From contig CBDIID010000003.1 in NCBI GenBank assembly GCA_965279515.1, forward strand, positions 2,720,001 through 2,784,000: a stretch of 64,000 bases of DNA. Direction: 5' to 3'. Positions 27,681 to 37,383 of the stretch are shown piece after piece (position 1 is the first letter of the stretch; every line of letters starts with the position of its first letter). The notes beneath the pieces were generated by a model. It saw only the letters and a program-made list of their open reading frames with translations, was not told the DNA's origin and did not search any database. Origin of the DNA: Turneriella sp. (lineage in GTDB: Bacteria > Spirochaetota > Leptospiria > Turneriellales > Turneriellaceae). The translations under genes and the position numbers were made by a program.

Positions 27681-27992
27681 ATGGAAACATCACCAACCAA
27701 GTTCGATGATTTTCTGGTGGCGAGCGATGTGCCTGTACTGGTCGACTTCTATGCCGACTGGTGCGGGCCTTGCCGCGCCATGGCGCCGATTCTGAAAGAT
27801 TTAAAATCGGCGTGGGGTGAGAAGGTGAAGATCATCAAGGTCGACACCGACGCGCACCCGGAGATTGCCGGTCGTTATAGCATCTCAGGGATACCCACGT
27901 TGATATTATTTAAGCGGGGAAACATCATGCACAGAACCTCGGGCGTGCTGCCGCTCTCGCGATTGCAGGCGGAATACGGTTCGTTTATTTGA
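27681..27992 (+). CDS. trxA: Thioredoxin
   Basis: WCGPC, GIPT; GAGG RBS. Confidence 0.9.
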   Translation: METSPTKFDDFLVASDVPVLVDFYADWCGPCRAMAPILKDLKSAWGEKVKIIKVDTDAHPEIAGRYSISGIPTLILFKRGNIMHRTSGVLPLSRLQAEYGSFI

Positions 27993-28010
27993 TTATGCTA
28001 CGGCTGCAGC

Positions 28011-28310
28011 CTAATCTTTTTTAAGTCGTGAGCTCCAGATTTCTGGCTCGCGCCGCAGATCGAATACCCCCAGAACCAGAATCAGATCGTCTATGATCGC
28101 GTAAAAAATAGCAAATGGAAATCTATGGACAAGCTTCCGGCGTATATCTGGCTCAACTTCAAAACCGATCTTCGGAAATTGCAATATCAGGTTCAGAGAT
28201 GCGCGCATGGATTGAACAAATGCATTTGCCACGACGGGCGAAATTGCCTGGTAATGGCGCCGGGCCGTCGAGTATTCTGATTCGGCAATCCGGGCAAACC
28301 GAATGGTCAT
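28011..28310 (-). CDS. RelE/ParE family toxin
   Basis: RFPFAIFY...VLGVFDLRREP; coupled to the upstream small gene. Confidence 0.85.
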   Translation of the reverse strand: MTIRFARIAESEYSTARRHYQAISPVVANAFVQSMRASLNLILQFPKIGFEVEPDIRRKLVHRFPFAIFYAIIDDLILVLGVFDLRREPEIWSSRLKKD

Positions 28311-28531
28311 CGAATTTCTATAAACTCGTCAATTGTCTTCGCTCGTGAAAGCTCTAAAGCCGATTTACGATAATAGTCGAGCCGCGATATGGCTTCTTTA
28401 CGCATTGAAATATCAATGTCCGCAGGTAGATGGAGCGTTTCTTCCAATTTTGCAATGAGGTCTACTTTTTCCGGATCTGCTAATCCCAGTGCTTCGTTGG
28501 TTATCTGCTCCCTGCTCACAGTTAAACCCAT
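28307..28531 (-). CDS. Addiction module antitoxin
   Basis: 74 aa (EALGL...EKVDLIAKLEETL) overlapping the toxin start (ATGA). Confidence 0.75.
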   Translation of the reverse strand: MGLTVSREQITNEALGLADPEKVDLIAKLEETLHLPADIDISMRKEAISRLDYYRKSALELSRAKTIDEFIEIR

Positions 28532-28617
28532 ACTTATAAATATGGTGCGTCAATAAGATATTTTTTCGGATATCCCGAGGGCGACATCAGCTGGGCCCTT
28601 TCAGTTGACGGTTTGTT

Positions 28618-31218
28618 TTGAAAAGGCCGCGGTCCGTACGGAGCATAAAAATTTCAGTAAAATTGCCCGTCGCCTCCTGCCTTGCCGACCTCAGGGTTGC
28701 CCTACAATCTTCTCCCGCAGTCATTCTGACCGCCGATACCGGCTCGGGTAAAACCACATGGCTGCCTCTGCAGCTCTTGAACGAACCCTGGCTCAAGGGA
28801 CAGAAAATCGTCATGCTTGAACCGCGCCGCGTCGCAGCCCGCGCGGCCGCAAACCGTCTTGCCTTTCACCTCAAGGAAAAAGTCGGTAAAACCGTGGGCT
28901 ACTCGGTGCGCTTTGACAGCCAGGTGAGTTCAGCCACACGCCTCGAAGTCGTCACCGAAGGTATACTCGCGCGGCGCATTGTGAATGATCCGGAACTTAA
29001 GGGCGTCGGCCTCGTCATCTTCGATGAATTCCACGAGCGCCATGTCGAAACCGATCTCGCGCTGGCTCTCACCCTCGAATCGCGCTCGGTATTTCGCCCC
29101 GACCTCAAGCTCATGGTGATGTCGGCGACGATCGATACCGCCGCGATCAGCAAGTTCATATTGACGACGCTCAAAGCCGAGGCGCCGATCGTGACTTCCT
29201 CGGGTACGAACTTTCCCGTCGAGGTGAAATATGAAACGGGCCAACTGCCAATGCCTCGATACGCCGCAAGCGGCTACTCGGCACAGGCTATGCACAATCT
29301 CGCCATGGCCGAGGCCTGTGCGCGCAAAGCTATCGAAGCGCAAACCAGGCATGAGGGGGATGTCCTCATTTTCTTACCGGGTGCAGGCGAAATTGGTGCG
29401 GCGATCGATCTTCTTGAAGAGAGAAATTTAAAGAATACGGATATCTTACCTCTCTATGGCGAACTCACCTCTGCCGAGCAAGACAGAGTTCTGGCTTCGC
29501 CCACACCGGGCCGGCGGCGCATCATTGTCGCCACGCCGATTGCTGAATCGAGCCTCACGGTCGAGGGCCTCGCGGTTGTGATCGATAGCGGCCTCGTACG
29601 CCAGCCCGCGCTCGACCCAGGCACTGGTATCACACATTTAGAAACCGTACCGATCACCCAAGATTCAGCCGTGCAGCGCGCGGGCCGCGCGGGGCGTCTG
29701 GGCCCAGGCACTTGCTACCGCATGTACCACGAAGCCGATTTCAAACGCCGCCCCAAAACGCGGCCGCCAGAAATTCTGCGTACAGACCTGGCCGAAGCCT
29801 CGCTGCGCACCCTCGCCTTCGGCTCGCCGCTGCGTGAGCTCACGCTCATGGATCGACCTTCTGAGGCAATGCTCGCCCAGGCCGAAAGGCTGCTCAAAGA
29901 TCTGGGCGCCTTGGGGGCTGACGGCAAATTGACGCCCCTCGGATCAAAGGCAGCCTCGATGCCACTGCCGCCGCGTCTGGCAGTGATGCTGGCAGCAGTA
30001 CCAACCCGCGAAACAACAATGCTCGCGGCGTTGCTTTCAGAGCGTGACCCGTTCGACTTGAAAGGCTCTGAAGCGACGGATCTGGCTTCCAGATTCAACT
30101 TAGTGCAGGGATTTTTGGAACAAGGCAACCTACCGTTCGGTATAGATAAACGAGCACTCCAGGCAGTGGAGAGGGTGTTTAGGCAGATCTCAAAACCCCC
30201 CTCAGTCCCCCCTTATAGGGGGGGGCCGGGGGGGTTAGGCTCTGTTCTCCTATTCGCCTACCCCGACCGCATCTGCATGCGCAGAGAGGCAGGTTCGTTT
30301 CTCATGCGCGGCGGGCGCGGGGTCAGTGTCGAAAAAGGCGACCACAATGCTGAAGCCGAATTTCTGATCGCTGTGGATGTGACGGGCGGCGAGAAAAATG
30401 CGAAGCTCAGGCTTGGCCTCGCTGTCAGCCGCGCCGACGCGATGGCGCATTTCAAAAATGAGATTTCCGAAAAGCAGGTCATCCGCACCGTCAATAGCAA
30501 GCCGCGCGCCTATGTCGAAACCCGGCTCGATGCCCTCGTGCTCAGCGAAAAAGAAACGGCTCTGCCCGAGGGTTTTGCGCGGCAGGCGATCTACGATGCG
30601 CTGCGCGAAAGGGGCCTCGAAAATGTGCTCGGCGATGAGGCGTTGCAGTTTTGTGTTCGAGCACAGATTTGCAAGCAGTGGGATGAATCCCTGCCCACAT
30701 TTGATTTTGCAGAACTGGGGAAATCCGCCGAAGACTGGCTCGATGGTTTTATTGCGAACGCCAGATCTTTAAGCGATATTCCGGAAGCAGTATTTCTGCA
30801 GGCGCTCGAGGCGCGGCTCGCGTATGCGCAGAAAAAAGCCATCGATGAAAAGCTGCCCGAACGCCTGACCGTGCCGAGCGGCTCTTCACACCGGATTTAT
30901 TATACAGCTTCTGGCCCCGGAATAAATTCCGGGGCAAAAGTAAGCGTGCGCATTCAAGAAGTCTTCGGCCTCGACAAGCATCCGGTTTTAGCGGATGGCA
31001 AACTGCCGCTGGCGCTCGAGCTGTTGTCGCCGGGTAAGCAGCCCATCGCGACGACGCATGACATCGCCGCGTTCTGGAAATCGACTTATGCCGAGGTGCG
31101 CAAGGAAATGCGCGGGCGTTACCCCAAACACTTCTGGCCCGAAGACCCGCTGTCGATGCAGGGCACGACGGGCACCAAAAAGGCGTTTGACCGGAAAAAG
31201 GCGGCTAACGGGTTTTGA
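28618..31218 (+). CDS. hrpB: ATP-dependent RNA helicase HrpB
   Basis: TGSGKTT, DEFHER, MSAT, QRAGRAGR, C-terminal FW..TYAEVRKEMRGRYPKHFWPEDP; start uncertain. Confidence 0.93.
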   Translation: MKRPRSVRSIKISVKLPVASCLADLRVALQSSPAVILTADTGSGKTTWLPLQLLNEPWLKGQKIVMLEPRRVAARAAANRLAFHLKEKVGKTVGYSVRFDSQVSSATRLEVVTEGILARRIVNDPELKGVGLVIFDEFHERHVETDLALALTLESRSVFRPDLKLMVMSATIDTAAISKFILTTLKAEAPIVTSSGTNFPVEVKYETGQLPMPRYAASGYSAQAMHNLAMAEACARKAIEAQTRHEGDVLIFLPGAGEIGAAIDLLEERNLKNTDILPLYGELTSAEQDRVLASPTPGRRRIIVATPIAESSLTVEGLAVVIDSGLVRQPALDPGTGITHLETVPITQDSAVQRAGRAGRLGPGTCYRMYHEADFKRRPKTRPPEILRTDLAEASLRTLAFGSPLRELTLMDRPSEAMLAQAERLLKDLGALGADGKLTPLGSKAASMPLPPRLAVMLAAVPTRETTMLAALLSERDPFDLKGSEATDLASRFNLVQGFLEQGNLPFGIDKRALQAVERVFRQISKPPSVPPYRGGPGGLGSVLLFAYPDRICMRREAGSFLMRGGRGVSVEKGDHNAEAEFLIAVDVTGGEKNAKLRLGLAVSRADAMAHFKNEISEKQVIRTVNSKPRAYVETRLDALVLSEKETALPEGFARQAIYDALRERGLENVLGDEALQFCVRAQICKQWDESLPTFDFAELGKSAEDWLDGFIANARSLSDIPEAVFLQALEARLAYAQKKAIDEKLPERLTVPSGSSHRIYYTASGPGINSGAKVSVRIQEVFGLDKHPVLADGKLPLALELLSPGKQPIATTHDIAAFWKSTYAEVRKEMRGRYPKHFWPEDPLSMQGTTGTKKAFDRKKAANGF
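30194..30236. repeat. C-run/G-run palindromic element translated within hrpB
   Basis: AACCCCCC...CCCCCC TTATA GGGGGGGG CC GGGGGGGTT, read as KPPSVPPYRGGPGGL. Confidence 0.65.
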
Positions 31219-32233
31219 GCACTGTAAATGCGAGGGCCATACAGCCCAGCGTGTGGCACAACTGAACGATCAGGACCGCAAGAAGGCCCTCTTCGATTTT
31301 GGAGCGCCATATTTCGGGTGTAAATCCGAGTTCTGGTGCGGGGCTCAGCAGCAGCATCGCGGCTGGTGAAGGCGTTTGCTCGCCGATTTTTTTTTCAAGG
31401 ATTTGCGCCAGTACGGTAAAAAAATCTTGCGGGCAGGTGCCTTCGTCGCAGCGGTCGATAGCGACATAAAGCGGATTTTTCAGTTCGCAATCACCATTTT
31501 TGCAATGATACCAAAACGGCCAGGTAGAGACGTCGCGATACGGTTTTTTCTTATCGAATAAGAGGGCATAGGTTTCGCGGTACGCACTCTCGCCCATGCC
31601 AAACGTTTCGGTCCGTCGAAGATCCAGCGCCAGATCGGTGTTGGTAATCTTCGCGTATTCGACACGGTTTTTTCCCCTGAGTGCCTCAAGGCCGCCAAAT
31701 TCCCCGAAGAGTTTGCTCTGACGTGTATCGACAACTTTACGCGCGGTATAGGCCCATTGGCTTGCAGTGTTCCAAAGCACCCCGACGAATACCATGAAGC
31801 AGAGAAAGGCAGCAAAGAGATAAATTAAAATCCCGACAACGGCAAGCGAATCGATCTTTTCTTCTGCCTTAGCTATCAGGGGTACAAGCGTAGCTTTGAT
31901 CGACATAATAGCGATGGCGAGCGCCGGTATAATGAGCAAGGTGTACGTCCACTCTGCAAAAAGAGAAATGCCCCCGAAAGGAATAAAAAGACCTATAAAA
32001 ACCATGGCGGTAACATCCGCCGAATCAGGGTACTTCCGTTTTAAGCGGACCATAAGATATATGAGCAGAGCAACCCCCACCGCGGTGATCGCCAGACGCA
32101 GATATTGGCCCGCATTCGTATTCTGCCAGGCGAAAAACGGATAGAGAAAATATGCCCATAAATAAGAGGCATACGCCCAGGCGACGGCTACGATGCCGGG
32201 AACCAAGGAGAAAAGAAAGGTTCTAAATCTCAC
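31205..32233 (-). CDS. Hypothetical multi-pass membrane protein (paralogue of 33686-34774)
   Basis: About five N-terminal TMs, a Cys-containing soluble domain and a C-terminal TM. Confidence 0.75.
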   Translation of the reverse strand: MRFRTFLFSLVPGIVAVAWAYASYLWAYFLYPFFAWQNTNAGQYLRLAITAVGVALLIYLMVRLKRKYPDSADVTAMVFIGLFIPFGGISLFAEWTYTLLIIPALAIAIMSIKATLVPLIAKAEEKIDSLAVVGILIYLFAAFLCFMVFVGVLWNTASQWAYTARKVVDTRQSKLFGEFGGLEALRGKNRVEYAKITNTDLALDLRRTETFGMGESAYRETYALLFDKKKPYRDVSTWPFWYHCKNGDCELKNPLYVAIDRCDEGTCPQDFFTVLAQILEKKIGEQTPSPAAMLLLSPAPELGFTPEIWRSKIEEGLLAVLIVQLCHTLGCMALAFTVLKTR

Positions 32234-32288
32234 ATAACAGAATGAAAGTCAGACATCGACCAGTCAATCGGGTTTCCGGCAAAAAATG

Positions 32289-33686
32289 TTAATTCCGACG
32301 CTTACGGGCGGCCGTTTTTTTGTTCCCACGCGCAATTTGCGTGGCATGGTGTTTGGGCCGGTGCTTCCAGGTATGGATGCGTTCGTGCGCCATCTTGCGC
32401 ACCTGTTTGGCGAATGCAGGAAAATGCGTGAGCACGACCTGGAAGCTGTCTTTGTCGAGCGTGTAGAGATCGCAGTAATCGACGGCGCGCACGGTCGCAT
32501 TGCGCGGTGAATCCATAAGCAGGGCAATTTCACCGAAATAGCCGCCTTCGGAAATTTTCGCAAAGACGCGGCTGGTCTTTTCGTGGATGATTTCGACCGA
32601 GCCGCGGCTGATAAAATACATGTTGTGGCCGATTTCTCCCTCGCGGAAAATCACGTCGCCCGGCGTAAACATCGCGGGGTTGAGTTTCATGACAATCTCT
32701 TTGATAAAGCCATCTTCGGCGCCACGGAAGATCGGAATCTTCTCGAGCACCTCGGCATGGATGTGGATCGCGAGTTCTTTCTGCAACGCACTCGGCAGAT
32801 CTTTGATCAGCAGATTTTCGTCGTAACCGCGCCGGCTCTCCCACATATATTTATAATAGCGGCGCAGCTTCTGGCGCAGCGCAATCGGGATATCGCGGTA
32901 TTCCATGAAGAGATTCAGGCGGTTAATCTTCTCCTGGTATTTCGAGCGCGCGATGTCCATATTCGCGAGTAAGCTTGCGATATTACCGATCATGTAACCG
33001 AACATGCCGACGCCGATGATTTCAATCACGATCGTATAGGCAATCTGCGCTACATTCTGCGGAGTAATGTCGCCGTAGCCGATGGTGGCAAAGGTCGTGA
33101 TCACCCAATAGAATGCGCGCAGGTAGTTTTCCGCGGCCGTATAATCTGGTTTGATGTTGCCTAAGACAATCCAGCCGCAGGCGGCCCAGTGCGCGACCAT
33201 CAGCATCCAGAGCACGAGAATACCCATACGGATCATGCTCGGGTTGAAAAAGTCGGCGTGGCGCCAGCGGTTCACCAGCTCACGCAGGTGCAAAAGACGA
33301 ATGAGGCGGATGAGGCGCAGCGCCGGGGCAAGGTCGATGGTGTGGCTGCCGTAGTGCACGAGAATCGGGCCGGCAAAGAACTCCACCGGGAAAATCGACA
33401 GCACATCGACGAGGAACCAGCTCTTCAGGTAGTGCAGCCGTATTTTGCGCGCATCGGAGACGAGCTCGCCGCGGTGGTAATACGCAGTGCGGAAACTGAT
33501 CAACATATCCGCGGCGAAGATGGCGGTGAGAAATACACCGGCATAGACCTGGTAAATCTTACCCTGCTGCGGATAAACAAGCTGCAGGGGCCCCAGAATC
33601 GCAAACGAGAGCGTGACTAAGAAAAGGAGGAAATCCCACAGCGTGCGTAGCCAGGAATCGGGAAGAAGAATGCTGCCGGATTGCAT
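32289..33686 (-). CDS. Cyclic nucleotide-gated K+ channel (SthK/LliK-like)
   Basis: Six TMs; S4 RLIRLIRLL; TIGYGD selectivity filter; C-linker; CNBD FGEIAL...RNATV. Confidence 0.95.
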   Translation of the reverse strand: MQSGSILLPDSWLRTLWDFLLFLVTLSFAILGPLQLVYPQQGKIYQVYAGVFLTAIFAADMLISFRTAYYHRGELVSDARKIRLHYLKSWFLVDVLSIFPVEFFAGPILVHYGSHTIDLAPALRLIRLIRLLHLRELVNRWRHADFFNPSMIRMGILVLWMLMVAHWAACGWIVLGNIKPDYTAAENYLRAFYWVITTFATIGYGDITPQNVAQIAYTIVIEIIGVGMFGYMIGNIASLLANMDIARSKYQEKINRLNLFMEYRDIPIALRQKLRRYYKYMWESRRGYDENLLIKDLPSALQKELAIHIHAEVLEKIPIFRGAEDGFIKEIVMKLNPAMFTPGDVIFREGEIGHNMYFISRGSVEIIHEKTSRVFAKISEGGYFGEIALLMDSPRNATVRAVDYCDLYTLDKDSFQVVLTHFPAFAKQVRKMAHERIHTWKHRPKHHATQIARGNKKTAARKRRN

Positions 33687-34774
33687 CAGGATCTGCCTAC
33701 CGGCTTTTTCAGAAGGCGGTTCACCGTGGCGAGTAATGCATGGAAAATAAAATAGGCCATTTGGAAGTAGAGGAATATTCTCACCGTGAAACGGATATTA
33801 CTGAGCCGTTGGTGGTCGCTCAGCGCCAGGTCGCCGGCGGGGCTTAGGAGCCTCAGCGTCGGCGGGTAAGGCGGCGTCGTGTCGGAGTTCTGGATGCGGA
33901 AGCGCACACGGCGGATGACCCAGGCAAAATCTTCGCTGCAATCCTTCGGGTCGGGGCAGAGATCGACGCTGACCAGGAGCGGCGTTTTATCATAACAACT
34001 GCCGGAACCGCAGTAATACCACAACGGCCAGCGCGCCGGGTCGGAGGATTCGGCGTCATCGTTGCCTAACATTGCGTATGTCACCGTATAGGCATCTTCG
34101 CCACTGCCAAAGCGGTGGCTCTGGGCATTGTTAAAGCGCAGCGCGGGATCTGTGATCAGTACATATTCGATGCGCGGGTTTTGCGCGAGGGCGCCCAGAT
34201 CGGAAAATTCGCCGTAGAGGCCCTTGCTTTTGATCTCAAGCCACTGCGCATTTCGGTAGGCGCGGTCGCGCACCTCTACCCAGAGTATGATACCAAAAAC
34301 CAGCAGCAGAAAGAGTGCAGTCCCCTGTAAAGTCAGCAGCAATTTAAAAACCCCGCGCTTGCGCTGGTAGGCGGAAATAACATCGCGCATCAGCGGTAGC
34401 TGGAAGAGCGTCAACAGCGCAAAGGCGAAAAGACAAATCAGCAGCGTTGGTGCCCAACTGACATAGGTGAGAAATGCCGCGATGGGCACAAAAAAATACA
34501 GTGCAAACGCCTTTCTGCGCCAGGCAGGCCTTGTTTTGCGCAGGACCAGGACGGCGATGGTGATGCCGATAAGCGTCGCGAGAAAGAGACCGGGGCGCAC
34601 GTAACGGAGAGCGCGCATGGCAGACTCAGATTGTAGCAACCGGTAGGCGATATCTGTCTTAAAATGGATGAGAACAGCCCCCAGGGCAATGACCGGTGCC
34701 GGCGCCAGGGCAAAAAGGATGCTGAACCAGCTTTCAGCGATGCGGGCGATGATTTCCTTCAAACGGGATTTCAT
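33686..34774 (-). CDS. Hypothetical multi-pass membrane protein (paralogue of 31205-32233)
   Basis: Same architecture as 31205-32233; its stop overlaps the channel start (TGATG). Confidence 0.75.
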   Translation of the reverse strand: MKSRLKEIIARIAESWFSILFALAPAPVIALGAVLIHFKTDIAYRLLQSESAMRALRYVRPGLFLATLIGITIAVLVLRKTRPAWRRKAFALYFFVPIAAFLTYVSWAPTLLICLFAFALLTLFQLPLMRDVISAYQRKRGVFKLLLTLQGTALFLLLVFGIILWVEVRDRAYRNAQWLEIKSKGLYGEFSDLGALAQNPRIEYVLITDPALRFNNAQSHRFGSGEDAYTVTYAMLGNDDAESSDPARWPLWYYCGSGSCYDKTPLLVSVDLCPDPKDCSEDFAWVIRRVRFRIQNSDTTPPYPPTLRLLSPAGDLALSDHQRLSNIRFTVRIFLYFQMAYFIFHALLATVNRLLKKPVGRS

Positions 34775-34861
34775 CCGGGTAGCGATCGGCGCCCAATCTC
34801 TGCCGGTCAACCGGTTTGCGGGCTTGCTTGACGCGGCGATCCGCACGGAAATCACTACGGC

Positions 34862-35290
34862 GTGATTTATTCATGGCTGATCGGGGCTTCGGCGGCAATT
34901 GTTTTGTTTCTGGGATTACTCCATCTGCTGTTTACTTACCACGGAAAAAAATTCTGGCCCCGCGATGCGGCGCTGAAACAGACGCTCGAAACTGCAAAGA
35001 TTTATCTGACCCCGCAGACGACGTTTTGGAAGGCTTGGATCTGTTTTAATGCCACGCATAGTCTCGGGGCGATTTTGTTTGGGCTGGTCTTCGGCTACCT
35101 GAGCCTGTTTGCGCCCGTATTCTTTTTCCAATCGTTTTTTCTCATGGGCCTCGGCGGAGCGACGCTCATCGCCTATGCATTTCTCGTCGGGCGCACCGGA
35201 TTCAGCACGCCGTTTCGCGGCATATGGATCGCTTTGGTCTGCTATGCGGGCGGAATCGTGGCATATTATCTTGAATCTGGTCGTATTTAA
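34862..35290 (+). CDS. Hypothetical membrane protein
   Basis: Four hydrophobic segments; FWKAWICFNATHS. Confidence 0.75.
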   Translation: MIYSWLIGASAAIVLFLGLLHLLFTYHGKKFWPRDAALKQTLETAKIYLTPQTTFWKAWICFNATHSLGAILFGLVFGYLSLFAPVFFFQSFFLMGLGGATLIAYAFLVGRTGFSTPFRGIWIALVCYAGGIVAYYLESGRI

Positions 35291-35293
35291 TTC

Positions 35294-35977
35294 ATGGCAA
35301 CAGTACTCCGTTTTCTGCAACGTTACCCTGATAAAAAACTAATCTTATTACTCGCCGTGGCGTTTTTGTTCTCGGCGGCGCTGGTGATTGTGCGCGTCAA
35401 GAAGACGCAGCTTGTCACTTACTTCTTTCTGCTTTGGAATCTGTTTCTCGCCGTCGTGCCGCTTGTTGTCGCCTACCTGATGTATGCGTGGCTGAGCGGT
35501 CGCGCGCAAAAAATTGCTTTTTACGCCATGGCGATTCTGTGGCTCATATTCTACCCCAACGCGCCCTACATCATCACCGACTTTATTCACCTCAAAGCAC
35601 GGCACAACATACCGCTGTGGTATGACACACTCTTGATCTTCAGTTTTGCCTGGAACGGTTTTGTCGCGGGTCTCGTCTCGGTGCGCTACTTTCATCTGAC
35701 CGCGCTGCGCTTTATGCCGAAGTACCTGGTGTGGTTAGTGATACTTGTTGTATTTGTGCTCTCATCGCTCGGTATCTATCTCGGCCGGTTTTTGCGCTGG
35801 AATTCGTGGGATGTACTGAGTAACCCGATGCCATTGCTCACCGATATCTTCGAACGCGTCTCTAGCCCTGAAGAGCACCCGCGCACGATGGCGATGATCA
35901 TACTGTTCTCCGTGTTTTCGTTCCTGGCGTATTTGACTATCATTCATCTGCCGAAGAGCCGCGAAAAAGAATCGTGA
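35294..35977 (+). CDS. DUF1361 family membrane protein
   Basis: WNLFLA, FYPNAPYIITDFIHL, GIYLGRFLRWNSWD. Confidence 0.9.
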   Translation: MATVLRFLQRYPDKKLILLLAVAFLFSAALVIVRVKKTQLVTYFFLLWNLFLAVVPLVVAYLMYAWLSGRAQKIAFYAMAILWLIFYPNAPYIITDFIHLKARHNIPLWYDTLLIFSFAWNGFVAGLVSVRYFHLTALRFMPKYLVWLVILVVFVLSSLGIYLGRFLRWNSWDVLSNPMPLLTDIFERVSSPEEHPRTMAMIILFSVFSFLAYLTIIHLPKSREKES

Positions 35978-36720
35978 CGGCGTTCGAGACAGCTTTCAAG
36001 CGCGATGGCTTCTATCTTTTCAAAGGTTTTTTTCCGAAAGCCGAAATGGATAAACTGGCGGCTGCTGTAGTCACTGCACACGAACGCTGGCTTGAAAAAC
36101 ATGCGGATGGCCTGCTGGTCAACAGTAATTATTTGACGTCACCGGAGTTTTGCACAGACCCCGAAGCGCGGCTGGGCCTGTTTCGTTTCATCGCACAAGA
36201 AAAACTCGTGCGCATCGCGGCGGCGCTCTGCCCGCGCGGAGTTTATTTTCTGAACACACAGTTATTCTTTAACCCGCGCGACGCGGCGAAAAAACCGTAC
36301 TGGCACCGCGATGTGCAGTACATGGGCGTCGATGAAACTGAGCAAAAGCAGATTATCGTGCGCGATACAGTGCTGCACTTCCGCATTGCACTGAGCGACG
36401 ACCCCGGGCTCGATTTCGTGCCGGGCTCGCATGCCCGGTGGGATACTCCGGCAGAGCGGGAAATCCGACTGGAGCTAAACGGGCATACTCATGCAGAGGA
36501 CATGCCAGGTCAGGTACGAATGCCGCAGGCGGTGGGAGACCTGCTGGTGTTTTCGGCGCATCTGTTGCACCGCGGCACGTATGCGCTGGAGCGCCGCTCA
36601 TTTGACATTCTTTACATCGATTTTCCTGAAAAGAAACAGACAGCCTCGAAGCTCGGGCATTTTCCCGACGCGGGTCTGTCGGCACTTTGTGAGCACGCGG
36701 AAATCTTCCAGACTATTTAG
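35974..36720 (+). CDS. Phytanoyl-CoA dioxygenase family 2OG-Fe(II) oxygenase
   Basis: WHRD, PGSH, GDLLVF...HRG facial triad. Confidence 0.85.
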   Translation: MTAFETAFKRDGFYLFKGFFPKAEMDKLAAAVVTAHERWLEKHADGLLVNSNYLTSPEFCTDPEARLGLFRFIAQEKLVRIAAALCPRGVYFLNTQLFFNPRDAAKKPYWHRDVQYMGVDETEQKQIIVRDTVLHFRIALSDDPGLDFVPGSHARWDTPAEREIRLELNGHTHAEDMPGQVRMPQAVGDLLVFSAHLLHRGTYALERRSFDILYIDFPEKKQTASKLGHFPDAGLSALCEHAEIFQTI

Positions 36721-36778
36721 TTGACACTTTATCGATGGCGTGGCAGTTTTACGATATCTCCATCGATAAGAGGTAAAT

Positions 36779-36985
36779 ATGCCGATAGTCAAGGTTTCAC
36801 CAAAATTCCAGGTTGTCATTCCGAAAGAAATTCGCGAAAATTCGGGCATTAAAGTCGGTTCGAAAATGGATATTTTTGTATATGACGGACGCATTGAGCT
36901 CGTGCCCATCAAATCCATCAAGAGCCTCAAGGGTAGCCTACGCGGCATCAACACAGATATTGAGCGTGATGTTGACCGGATATGA
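36779..36985 (+). CDS. vapB: AbrB/MazE-type antitoxin
   Basis: VKVSPKFQVVIPKEIR; coupled to the PIN toxin. Confidence 0.85.
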   Translation: MPIVKVSPKFQVVIPKEIRENSGIKVGSKMDIFVYDGRIELVPIKSIKSLKGSLRGINTDIERDVDRI

Positions 36986-37353
36986 ATATAGTCGATTCTT
37001 CGGGTTGGCTGGAGTATCTTGCTGGCACGCAGAACAGCGAGATTTTCGGCAAATATATTGAGGATACCGGCAGGCTGATTGTGCCGGTAATTACGATCTA
37101 CGAAGTCTTTAAGAAGATACTCATTGAAAGCAACGAAGAAAATGCCTTAAAAATTGCTGCGCATATGCGGCTGGGAAAGGTCGTCGATGTAAACCTTACC
37201 CTTTCGCTAGAGGCTGCAAAATACGGAAAACAATACGGGTTGCCCCTGGCAGATGCTTTGATTTATGCCACGGCACGCCAATATCATTGCACAGTTTGGA
37301 CGCAAGATGAGCACTTCAAGGGATTGGAAGGAGTTCGGTATTTTCCCAAATAA
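36982..37353 (+). CDS. vapC: PIN-domain VapC toxin
   Basis: VDSSGWLE, E, LADALI, TQDEHF acidic PIN residues. Confidence 0.9.
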   Translation: MNIVDSSGWLEYLAGTQNSEIFGKYIEDTGRLIVPVITIYEVFKKILIESNEENALKIAAHMRLGKVVDVNLTLSLEAAKYGKQYGLPLADALIYATARQYHCTVWTQDEHFKGLEGVRYFPK

Positions 37354-37383
37354 ATCCGGGTTTGTTTAAACTTATATATCAGC

